From Lytechinus pictus (Eukaryota): DNA of 64,000 nt. The stretch lies in contig NC_087251.1 of the NCBI RefSeq assembly GCF_037042905.1, forward strand, positions 31,746,001-31,810,000. The letters run 5' to 3'. A program made the translations under genes and the position numbers. Below, in pieces: positions 12,286 through 23,817 of this stretch (positions are counted from its first letter, which is position 1; every line of letters begins with the position of its first letter). The notes beneath the pieces are model-generated. The model did not search any database and was not told the origin of the DNA. It saw only the letters and a program-made list of their open reading frames with translations.

Positions 12286-13444
12286 TATAACAATATATAA
12301 TAATACTAATAATACGACGTTGCTTGTATAGCGCATATCACTACCCATGGGCGTCTCTATGCGCTTAATAGGAAAATAGACAAAGAAGAGAGAGGATTAA
12401 AGCCATTATGTAGCATATAAATAGCATAAAAATATAAGAATTCAGCATGATTGCTGTTTGTGACGTGGGTCAAAATATCTTGGCACAAGCAGGTTTGAAT
12501 GCCCAATAAGCTTGTTGCAGTCATGTGATTAACAGCTCATAACAGATTACAACTACCAAAAAAATATTTCATTTTGAAAAAATATTCAATTTAATGCCTT
12601 AGTTTAATATGCAATAATGTTTGGTTTACAAGTGGCACAGCTGTTTTTTGCTACTTTATCGGGCAGTATAGTATTACACAAGCTCAGCCGCGGATCCAGC
12701 TGGATTAGAAACAATAGTTTTGAGATGCCGAATATTGTGCAAAGACAATTTGGTATGGTTTTGTGTCTAATCCAGCTAGATCCACGACTGCACAAGCTTA
12801 GAATAAATAATGACAAAAATACCTTCCCAAATCACTTCACTGACAGCTTACCTGGTGTAGAGAAGGGGAAGGAGATAATTGCATCACTTGTTTAAAATGG
12901 AGATATCTGACTGCACAGCGCACATTAATGCCTCCACCAAATCAGATACATAACACACATTCAGGGTGAATGTTAATTTTAAAACCAACAAAATTTCACA
13001 ATTTGAGAATTTTAACTTTATGATTACTGTTCCGAACTGTTCTATGAAGTGACCAAGAAATCATTGGCACCAATGTGTGTACAGATTGGACAGTGTTTGA
13101 ATTAATAAAAATACGTCATGATATGAAATGAAGCCACCTAACCAATGTGGCATTGGTAAGTTAATGACCTTTGAATAAGAATAAGAACATTGAGTTTGCA
13201 CGCTAGTATGCACGTACCAGGGCTTAAATTAATCAAGGTCATCAAAGGTCATGGCTGTGACTAGTCTTAATACCCCTCTCACAGGCCTTGATTTCTTGTG
13301 CCCTTTTGCATTGATAAAAAAATAATGCACACAAAAGCTTTTCTCCAATACAAAATTGAATCAAAAGCCTATACTGTGAAAAGTGCAATCACAAGCTCCG
13401 GTAGTGCGTTCTTAAATGCACTAGTTCAATTCATCACTCCATCC

Positions 13445-15327
13445 TCAGTGTGATTTGTACATTTCATACGTATATTCCTCCGTGTAAGTTGCGTCATATG
13501 AGACGGATATGGAGTCTATTTCAAGCGTAAACTCTCCATCCACGGCATCTCCCATAGTCAGACCAATAGCATTGACGGATTCCAAGTCCGGTGGAGTCTG
13601 CTTGTCCTGGACTCTACCTTTGCTTGACATGAAGAACTTGGTGAAAGGGATCTGCATAGGTTTGGAAAAGAAAAGGGAATCAAGAATAGGCATATGGAAA
13701 ACAGACAGAAAATCAAGGTAAATCCAATGAAACGAGTATCAGTAGAAAATCAAATTTGTTCATGGTGCTAAGTGTTGACCATTCTCATTACGTTTAACTG
13801 TAAGTATATTGAATACTTATGCTTTTCTTAGATTTTTTGCTATCTACACTGGCGGATCCAGGGGGGGGGGCACCCCCCCCCCCTTTTAAAAAGCAAAATT
13901 AAAAATTTGTAATGTAAAAATGCCATTAAAACAAAGGTGTGCCCGCTCTTGAAATTGAAGACCTTTTTTTTTTTGCTTGTCAATTTTTTGGCGGGTACGA
14001 AATATCCTTAATTTGTGGTTGAAAACATTTTTTTTTTTTGCTTGTCAAAATTTTCCTCTGAAAATTTTGCCCCCCCTTTTGGAAAATCATGGTCCGCCCC
14101 TGGCTATTTACAATTGTTTTGTACATGTCAACAGAGAACAATCTAGTGTTTAGAACACAGGACAACACTGAATTTGCATTTTAGAAAACAGAACACAAGA
14201 GATTCTAAATGAACCACAAGATGCAAATTGATATGATTTCTCTAGACACTGTGTTCAATCCTACAGCTTAAGAATATTTAATACTGATCCTTACCGTAAT
14301 ATCTTGCCAATATGGTCCACCTCGTGTGAATATGAAGTAACTCCAAACATCATCATGAGACTCTGTAAAGAAGCCCTTGATCATCAGGTTTACCATGTAA
14401 GCACGACCATCTCCTCGTACCCTCATCTTCAAGACATTGAATGGTGTTAGGTCCATTGCTTGTTTCCTATTGAAGGATTTCTGTCATGCATAAAAACCCA
14501 TAAAGGATAAAAGAATGCAAGCTCGTAATTTTGCTTAAAATACTTAATTAAAAAAATTGGTTAAAAAATGGTAAAATAAAATAATAAGAAAGCATATCTA
14601 GTCTGAAACACATTAAAGGTTTCCTAAATTAGACAAATAATTTGATCTATTGCAATTGAAAATTGTCTACCGATAACAAATAATTTTATATTCTTGTCAT
14701 ATTATACATACTTTTTACTGAATACTTTAAAGCTGTTTCAACTCCATGGAGTATAAAAAAAATCATATTCCTGCTGATATCAAGTTAACGTCTTCTTGTA
14801 AAGTGGTATATTCTACAGATTTGTTAAACATAAGAGTTTTGTTTACTCACATAAGCTTGTTTAGATCTCAAAGCACAGTATCCACTTCTTTTAGTTTCTC
14901 TATCCCTTGGAACCTCAGTGCAGAGGTTACCATGAAACAGCAGCTTATTGTTGCGACTGACAGTCAATCCTGCAGTACTTCTCCCTCCAATCTCAGCATC
15001 AGTATGGACAATAAAGTCTTCAATACTCTCAGGTCCATTAAAATGCCACAACACTCGGTTCTGGTCAAACATAGTGTCAAGGTTTGGACTTCTAATCTTA
15101 GTCCACATTTCCTCACCTAAGAGTTTCACATTCCTATTTAAGAAGGAGAAATAACCTTCTCTGCTCTTGCTTCTTTGATCTGAGCTACTCAGTCTACTAT
15201 TTGAAAGGAAAGGAATAGCTATCGATTGTCTCTGAAGATATGAGCTTTGCTTGAACTGCCAAAGTGTCCTCCACGTGTTCTCCCTCAAACGACAAACAAG
15301 ATGCTTTGGAATCATTGCCATAGTCAC
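13445..15327 (-). CDS. NDUFAF1: Complex I intermediate-associated protein 30 (CIA30), 3 coding exons: 15327-14851, 14480-14295, 13651-13445 (~289 aa)
   Basis: Spliced product has an N-terminal Arg/Ser-rich presequence-like segment, then LWHFNG, TDAEIGGRS, FHGNLCTEVP, KRSGYCALRS, MRVRGDGRAYMVNL, FTRGGPYWQ, IPFTKFFMSSKGRVQDKQ and GEFTLEIDSI. All junctions are GT-AG, phase 0. Confidence 0.93.
13847..14102. mobile_element. hAT-like MITE in an NDUFAF1 intron
   Basis: Ends CACTGGCGGATCCAGG / CATGGTCCGCCCCTG. Flanked by a near-perfect 8-bp TSD GCTATCTA / GCTATTTA. Confidence 0.7.
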
Positions 15328-17261
15328 TTAGTCACAACTTTCTACATTAAGATTGCACTAATATCACATCATCACTGCATTTATCTTCCAGAATCAGCTG
15401 ATCTCCTGTATCTGTTTGTCCTGTATGTCAGGAGAATGTTCTTTTATCTGCAAAATAAGTAGCAGGCTTAACATATAAATATGAGACAAAAAATAGACTT
15501 GTAGTAAACACTGAACAATCGTATGAATAAAATGACTTTCTGCTGATCAGAATTTCCACAAGTCAAACTAATCAAATGTTTAGCAGATCCCAATTAAATA
15601 GTGTAACTCAGATATCTATTAAATGAAATAGTAACAAAATAACAAGATATTGCAGATTACAAAAACTTTAAAGATTTGACTCAGTTTTGAAAATGAAGTT
15701 GTCAAAAAAATTACTGAAAATGAATTATGACTGTTAGTGCATGCGAAAATTGTTTCACATTGGCATTTAACAAGCACTGGACATTTAACAATGACTTCTG
15801 CCCTGGCTCTTGGCACACATGTATTTTGTATGCATGACTCAAACAAGACTGACACACAAAGATACTTTTAGAGGCCATCTGTCAAATTTTAACAAATGGG
15901 AATAATGAAGAGAGAAAATAAGGAAATTATTTGATTTTTTCTAAACTCGAAAAAATTGTTTGGAATAAAGCGATGTTTTACTTGGCCAGTATAAGCAACA
16001 AAAGAAGGAGGGTTTATAAAGTAGTGAAGAATTAGGTCTTGCATTATTTGTAACTTCCCATTAACAATACTTTAAATATTATGCTCGGAATACACAATTT
16101 TCAACATGGTTGTCATAAAAGCTCATGAAATGTTTGCTACATTAAAGAGGAAAGGGGAGCTTTTTCATTAATTTAGTTGCAAATTGTCACTCAGGAATAA
16201 TCATCAATCATTAATCTTTACTTTTTACTATTCAAACTATTCAAATTCATTGCTAGATGATCATATGAATGTGTGTGCCCTAAACAATAGATGAGAAGTA
16301 TTACACATTAAAATGTGTTTTCAATGTGCCTTCATCCATACCAGCCAATAGCTGCATCTGCAAAAAAAGTGCCAAGACAAAGTTGTAAACAACACGTCTT
16401 TCAGGGGCTCAAATACTTTTCATGGCTGCAGTTTCAGAAGCAAATTTTAATCTTTCTTGAAAAATTACAGTAGAGGCTACATGTATGTCTAATTCATATT
16501 TTGAGGTTTCAAGATCCAACAGATACAAGACCCACTTCATTCTAACACCAGCCACAACACCATACTTGAAATGAGGCTGGTGTTGGGAGTGACCTCGGAA
16601 AATATGACAAATTCCCGGCAGTTTGTGTTTAGCGCTGGTGTTGAATGTCGCCTGCTGAATAATAAGAGGCATTACAGCTGGTGTTGACTATCTTAATTTC
16701 ATGTTTGGTGTTGGTATTCGTGATTTGAAGCTCGCGAACGATGAAACATCCCAGTAATTTTTATGAACAATAATAATTTGTCTTTCAGATATTTGAAGTT
16801 ATGTTGGCCTTACTTTGCATTCTGTATGAGATTTTTATAACGCGATCGATATATCGTTCTTCTGAATCCAGCTCGGTTCAGCATTCTTTTCATGCCCTCA
16901 TCAGTCTAAACATCAACACCAGCTGACGAATGCCAAAAAAAAAAATGGCTTCAACTCAAGTCAACCCTGATGTCAACAGCAGATAGAAAACTTTGCACAT
17001 CCAAGGCAATTTAAAATTGCCTGGCCACCGGCACCGGGCACAGGCACAGTATTAAAACAAAAAAGTTCCCTATAAAGGCTATAGATACTATAATTTATAA
17101 ATACATACATGATCGCTCACAAACACAATCACTCACAAAATAAAAATGATCGGCCTTATCCTGAAATAAGTCACCTCTCTTCTCCTGTGTGCGCTTGTTG
17201 TCATGGTTGTGTACAAAGTCAATGGGAGAGGAAAGAAGTCACCTCCACTGACGAAATGAAC

Positions 17262-18732
17262 CAGGGTGACCAGACATACCGTATTTTGCTTCTTTGTCCC
17301 GGCGTCCCGACAAACCCTTCCCGGGACGCCTATTTGTCCCGTATGTCAGAATATTGAACAAAATGTAATTAATACATAGAAAAGTGAAGAATTTTCATAA
17401 AAATAACCTGGGAAAATAACCAACAGATGACAAAGGAGAGACAACAATAAAATTACTGTAAACTTTTGCAAGTTCTGCGGCTTGCAATGGCTTCCTGTCT
17501 GTGTGTGTGGCAGGCTACTAGGATCGGAGCAGATTCTCAATGGTGCAAACAATCTCACATGATCAACAGTTTTTCCACCAAAATAATCACAAAATGGGCG
17601 GGCAATTTTAATTTTTATATTATGGATTCTCAGATTACTGATTTGGTGATGTAATCGGTGGAGCAAGATATTGAGTTTTCATAACTAGATCTAGTTGTTT
17701 CAGGTTTCGTTTTAAGTCTTGTTGTGATCAGTGCTAACTTGTCATGGGATGAGAGATGTGTGATGCTGCGATGTTTCATCTAATTTTTAAGTTTGACAAT
17801 GTTTCACTTTGAAATTTTATTCATTTCTAAAACATTTTAGTGTTCTAACAATTTTTAAAATAGATTTTTAAAAACCCAAATATCATGAAGATGATTGGAT
17901 ATTTTTGCTTGCTTGAAGTTTGAACTTTTTTCCTTTGTTTCATTTTTATTTTTTATCCTTCTTTCTTCATCCTTCTATCCTTCCTGCTTGCCTTTTTTTG
18001 TTCCATCTATCTTTATTTCCAATCTTTCCTCGCTTTCTTTTCTGATCCTTTCTCTCTCTCTCTGTTCATTTTTCTTTCTTTCTCTTACTTTCCTTCTTTT
18101 AAATACCTTTTTTTATTTCCTTCATTCTTTAATTCTTTCCTTGAACTTTTCTTTGCTTCCTTCTCCCTTCCTCTCCTTTTCATTTTCGTTCTTTCTCTCC
18201 TTCCATTAGTTTTCTTTTTTTTCATACTCTCCTCTCTCCCTTTCATCGGCTTTCTTTCATTCTTTATTTTCTCTTTTCCCCTTATTCATTCTTTCCTTTC
18301 CTGTTTTTTCCATCTTTCTTTCTTTCAAAGAATGAAGGAAACCTTTTTCTTTCTTCTTTTTTTTTCTTACTTTCTTTTTTTTTCCTTTCTCTCATTTATT
18401 TATTATATCACACATGCATTCATTCATCTTCCCTTCCTTTCTTTATTCATTTCAAAGAATGGCAGAAAGTAAACCTTTTTTTCTTTTATTCATCCGACCT
18501 TTCATTCTAATTTTAAAAAAAAAATTTCCTTCATTTTCATTTCCCCCTTCATTTTGTATTTCTTTCCTCTATTCCATCTCTTTTCTTTCCTATTTTCTTT
18601 CTCTCCTTCATTCTTTCGTTCACCCTCCCTTTCCTTTTCTTATCAAACATTGTGTTTGTTGATTTTTTTTTATCAGTTGCTCCGATCGTGCATCGTGCTT
18701 TTTGTCCCATATTTCATTTTCTGGTCACCCTG
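17262..18732. mobile_element. hAT-superfamily non-autonomous element (~1.47 kb) with internal CT-rich tract
   Basis: 13-bp TIR CAGGGTGACCAGA / TCTGGTCACCCTG, subterminal TGTCCC motifs, and perfect 8-bp TSD AAATGAAC at 17254-17261 and 18733-18740. Confidence 0.88.
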
Positions 18733-19060
18733 AAATGAACGGCAGTGAATTAAATCAAGAAAATGCCAAATGATCCCTCCGCCGGACCCCTTCGAGTCTG
18801 AGGGGAAATATTCCGACCCCCCCCCCCCCCCCCTTTCCGAGCAATAACAATAGTACATTGTCCCACATGTGCTTATCTGTGTTGGTGATCAGTCATCAGT
18901 GCAGAGCAGCGTGATCTTTTCAGCTAGTCTTCCTTAGATTTCAGCCTTTCATGTATTAACAAAGTTCAGTTAATGTACCTGTACCAGATCTAGATCCACC
19001 TACGATTATAAAGTAACAATTAACCTTGGTTTTACAGACTTTCTCATAGAGTGTTTCTGA

Positions 19061-19260
19061 ACTTACCACTTACCCAGGTCGGACGTCGGCCGGCCGCTCG
19101 GAGAGCATCTTTGCCTTTGGTACACGTACCGGTATACATCACGTACGTACATCACGTGCATTATATATATGGGAACCCATTATATTAGTATGTGAGTATA
19201 TGCCATAGAATACATCTCTATGGTATATGCATGCACCGCGACATTTCGGCCAAGCTGAGT
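19061..19260 (-). promoter_or_regulatory. Candidate non-coding first exon/promoter of NDUFAF1
   Basis: CpG-enriched patch ending, on the minus strand, in two tandem GTAAGT donors (19073-19068 and 19066-19061). A matching acceptor lies at ~15447, upstream of the NDUFAF1 ATG. Confidence 0.4.
19196..19230. mobile_element. Putative P-element-type transposon excision footprint
   Basis: GTATATGC-[CATAGAATACATCTCTATG]-GTATATGC: a 19-bp imperfect palindrome between perfect 8-bp direct repeats. Confidence 0.7.
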
Positions 19261-22257
19261 ACGGCCACAGGCAAGGTTCGAGACCAAAAGTTTTAGGGGA
19301 GCTTAGCGGTGCAACAGCCGGGGTTGGGGCAGGAGTGGCAGTCTGCCCACCCTGGCGGAGCTCACCAGGAAAAAAAACCGGGGAAAGCTAAGACAGAATT
19401 AAAGAAAATGAAAAGGAAGAAAAAGAGGAAAGAGGGGGGGGGGGGGGAGAAAGGGGAAAGAATTGAGGGGAAAAAGAAAGCCGATAAATTAAGAGAAGAA
19501 AGGTAAAACGGAAGGAAAAGGAAAAAAACACGAATAGGGGGCCTACGCGTATAGATCTAGGTATAAGAAAAAATAATCCCGAAATACTAATAAATAGGAG
19601 AGAAAGGAGAACCAAGAGATGGCCACGTGGAACGGGAATTTATGGCGGGAAAACTGAGGAGTGAGAAAAGTGACGGAAAATGAAATAGAACAATGAGGTA
19701 AGTATAGACCCCGGTACGTGGTATAGGTCTTAATATGCTCAAGCTGAATTTTTAAAAATGAAGAAAAAAATGAAGACACAGTCTGGGCTACCAAAGATTA
19801 ATAATAAATTAAAGCATGAGATGGCTTATTAATGTATGATAACTTGCTAAATGGCAATAACGATCGCAATCAGGACAATATTACAGAAGATTATTAGAGA
19901 GGTTCCATGCAGAGGTACCGTCCAAGCATTGCCTTATAAATTATGTCAATTTAATGAGGCCTACATAATTTCATTTTCATAGGGCAAAAACTCGCTCTTG
20001 ATGTTATAGAAAATTTGTTTCGTAAAACCTCCGTAAAACCTGTATACCCGCGTGATTTGATTGAAAATAGCGGCCATCAAGGTAAATGACTGAATCTATA
20101 TGGAGAGGAAGGGAGTCCCAAAAATTTCTACGACCAAGAACAAACAAGCAAAAAAAGAAAAGGAGAAAAGAAAGAAAAGCACTTAAAGGACAAGTCCACC
20201 CCACAAAAAATTTGTTTGAATAAAAAGAGAAAAATCCAACAAGCATAACACCGAAAATTTCATCAAAATCGGATATAAAATAAGAAAGTTATGACTTTTA
20301 AAAATTTTGCTTAATTTCACAAAACAGTTATAATAATATGCACGTCCTGAAAAATCCTGTTCACATTATGACCGGGATATTTTTGGCTCTTGCCCCTCCC
20401 CGGCAACCGACCCCTGTTACGCCCCGAGCTTAACTGTGCATGCCTATGAGACTTCTGCAGGGAGCTTGAGAATTTTTGACGTTGTTCATTTCAGTACATG
20501 GAAAATAGTCTATCGTAAGCAGCATGCATGGGTGAAACAGCTAAGGGTCGATCGGCGGCCGGCCGGGCCGCGGGCCGGCCGGCGCGGGGGGGGGGGGGGA
20601 GAGCCAAAAATTTCCTCCCGGTCATATCATGATGTGAACAGGATTTTTCATGATTACACGCGAGCACTATGGTGCGAGGCTCTATGTGAGAGTAGCGTTA
20701 TGAGTAAAAAGATAAAATAAGTAAAAAAATCGCAAAATCAAGCTCGAAGCACAAGCTAAATTTTTTTGGTCCCACTCACTTAAAAAAAGGACCTATCCCT
20801 GTTTGCGTGACACTTTGTGATATTTTCACCAAATAAAATATGCGAGATGAAAAATGTTAATATCCTGATATGATAAGTGGACGTTAGCATTTCTTATGAA
20901 CAGGATGGGTATCCATATATCTAAACAAAAATGCATGCGAGCGCGTTTTAATACTTTTTTGCAATTATGAAATTTATTATGCAAGATGTGTATCTCGCTA
21001 AAACAAATAATGAAAACTCGAATCATGAAAAAAAAAATTATTGTGCATATTGACTCGAACACTGGATTTTTAAGCCCCATGTTATCTTATTAAACAGATC
21101 ATTTATTTATCTAAATCAAAAGTCACTGCGAGCGCGAACAAAATTTTGAATGTTATAAAATGACCTCAATTAAAGTTTTATTTCATATTGCAGGGAACTA
21201 TACCATGACTATATGAGGAAATTTTACAAAATTTGAAGGGTGAATAGTGCTAGCTGTTGTGGATCACTTTACAGCTTAAGTGAGATGCTCATGACAGCAT
21301 TTACATTATTTCTTCAGTTTCGGAATATTCGGGGGGCCGGGCGCGGGAGCAAGTAGGGCAACGATCCTGACCCCCCCCCCTTGGTACCACCACTTACAGC
21401 ATGGTGCATGTGGCAAAAGTTTCTGAATAAAAGTCCCGGGAGAGCGAAGCGAGCGAGGTTTTCTTCTACTTTTTCATTACAAGTGATAGATTTTGACATG
21501 ATCTTATTCCTCTTTCCTGTCCATTTCTTTAATTTCTCCTTTTGTTCTTGGTCGTAGAACTTTTTGGGGCCAGTCCCCAGCAACGCCTTCCATTTTTATG
21601 CCAGTGCTGCTGGGGTCCGAGCGGAACCAGAACCTCTCGAGATTTCATTACATGAAACCTTACTTTTCAATCTGATCATATATGTTTTACAAAACGCATC
21701 ACTTCAATACAGTGGAGTAATAAACCAAACATTTGAGGGGCACAACATGTGAAATGTGGGGATATTTCTAAAACGTCACGAACGAGTTCATTACACTACC
21801 TCATTTCCCGTTTCTGTTTGTCCCTTTTCTTTCCTCTTGAGTCCTGTCATACTCGTTCCCGTTCCATTTTGCCACCTTTCTATATATTTCCCCTTTCTCA
21901 TTCATTAGTAAGTTCTTTCTCATAATCTTGTCTCTGTTTTCCTCTTTCCGCTGAAAACCTTTCCTCTCTTTATAGACTCTTTTCCCTTTCCGTTTCTTTT
22001 TCCCCTCCCTTTCCCCTTTTCCTCCATTTCCTTTCTTTCTTTCGTTTCTTTCAAAGTTTTCCCATTCTCCCCGGTTTTTTTCCCGGAGCCATGCAGGGCT
22101 GAGGGGGGCAGATCGAGGCCGCCCCCGTGCCCCTCGCCGCCTGTTACCACTAAAGAAGACAAGGAATAATATGCCTTGTTAGTTGCTATTATGTCAAAAC
22201 ACTTGTTCTCAAAAGATGTATAGCTAGGCCTACATGCATTACCTCCATGAGTATATA

Positions 22258-23129
22258 GGGGAAGGCGGGGTAAGTTGAGCATAAATTATAGGGGCAAGTT
22301 GAACCACTACCCCCAGGCCAATAATGAATGAGTCAGACACTGTGGTGTTGTCATTGTATTGATGACCCATTGCATAACCCCTAACCCCACCACAAGTTGT
22401 TTTCAACTTTGAAACAAAAAGTACTTTTTTTGAGGGAAAAATACAAATTTCAGCCAAAAAAGTAAAAAAGGGTGCGAAATAGATAAGTGCTTTTTACACA
22501 CATGCACACACGTCTTTAAATAAAATAAAGACCAAAGACTATAAAGAACAACATTGTTAGCCCAGGTATGGAGCTTCATTCTTGTCATAGTCTTTTATAA
22601 TTATGATGGATGCATAAGAAATGTGTGGAAGCGAAATTATCGCATCATGTTCGGACTGGGGTAAGTTGTGCCAGCCGACATGGGGCAAGTTGAGACATGG
22701 TAATTCTTATAATGTAGGCCTATATAAAAAACAAAAAAACCTTAAAAAGCCTTCGATATGCAGACAGAAAGGAGCAAATTTACATGACTGTTCTATTCCT
22801 TTTAGGATGTTGTTATTTATAGAGAATTAGCAAGTGAAAAGACTTTGAATAAAAAAATTAGACATGCTGGTTCTTCCCCCACACATATAGTGTTTGTGGC
22901 TCAACTTACCCCACAGATGGGGCAAGTTGAGCCATCACATCAGACAATGACTTTCAGTGTGGGGATAGAAAGTTATATATAGGTGAAAGATATTTCAGAA
23001 GAATTGAATTTTAAGGCAAGGTACTTATTTCTACAAGATTATAAATAGTATCAATTCCAACATGCAAAAAGCAAAAGGTGGCTTACCCATAGAGAGTATA
23101 CATCTCTATGGGCTTACCCCGCCATCCCC
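22258..23129. mobile_element. MITE with TA TSD and subterminal GGGG(C/T)AAGTTG repeats (Tc1/pogo-like)
   Basis: TA|GGGGAAGGCGGGGTAAG ... CTTACCCCGCCATCCCC|TA. Internal GGGGCAAGTTGA-like motifs at ~22290, 22657, 22682 and 22919. Confidence 0.75.
23080..23118. mobile_element. Putative P-element-type transposon excision footprint nested in the right end of the 22258-23129 MITE
   Basis: GGCTTACC-[CATAGAGAGTATACATCTCTATG]-GGCTTACC: a 23-bp imperfect palindrome between perfect 8-bp direct repeats. Confidence 0.75.
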
Positions 23130-23817
23130 TATATACGGATCTTGTTCATAAAAGAAAGGATCGCGTTGCCCCGCGTTGACAATGCAAGCTTTTACCGTGT
23201 CGCAAAAGGTGGGACGAATGCCTGATACGATATTTCTGATGGACGACGAGTTACACTCATTGTAGAAATGGAAATGGCAGGAGCAAAGTCAAATCGTCGT
23301 ACTCTCTCCAAAGTCTCAACTTATTTTTCATATTTTCTTTGTCAGTTTTCTTAATATTGGCATACTGACGCGATCATGGCGGCTTAAAGAATCACAGTCG
23401 GCGGAAAGTCCTTCGAGAGGATTGTTTATTCCAACTCTAAATAGAATTCGCCGAACTGTTTAATAAATAAGCCTAGGCTTCACGTCTTACGACATCACTC
23501 GCAAGTCGCAGTCGATCGGAGTGTGCAATAGCCAATAAACTGGGAGGAGCTGCCTATCCGTCCGTCCAGCCAGGTTGTGTGCATTGAAGTTTGAACTCAG
23601 CCACATCTTTTTGGGGTGCTAATTCGCTTTGCTGTCCTTGGCCCTTGGCTGTGTAGTGTAGACCCTTCAGAAAAGACGCAGGATCTAATTGGGTGTACCA
23701 TACAGTACAGGCTTAAAATCTACTCCATCAAGGATCAAGGCACTAGGCCTAGTCAGCAATAATAATTTGTCATTGAGTCATTTGTAAATTAAAACAATCC
23801 CAGATCACATCCACACA

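Noticed and set aside
16814..16922. Possible extra minus-strand NDUFAF1 5' exon with a uORF (MKRMLNRAGFRR...)
   Set aside because: Splice signals are plausible, but the segment lies in ACACC/GGTGT motif-rich, repeat-like sequence and has no homology support.
17895..18662. Phe/Leu/Ser-rich ORFs resembling membrane proteins (also 43423-43791 and 49491-49856)
   Set aside because: They arise from CT/GA low-complexity tracts that lack stop codons.
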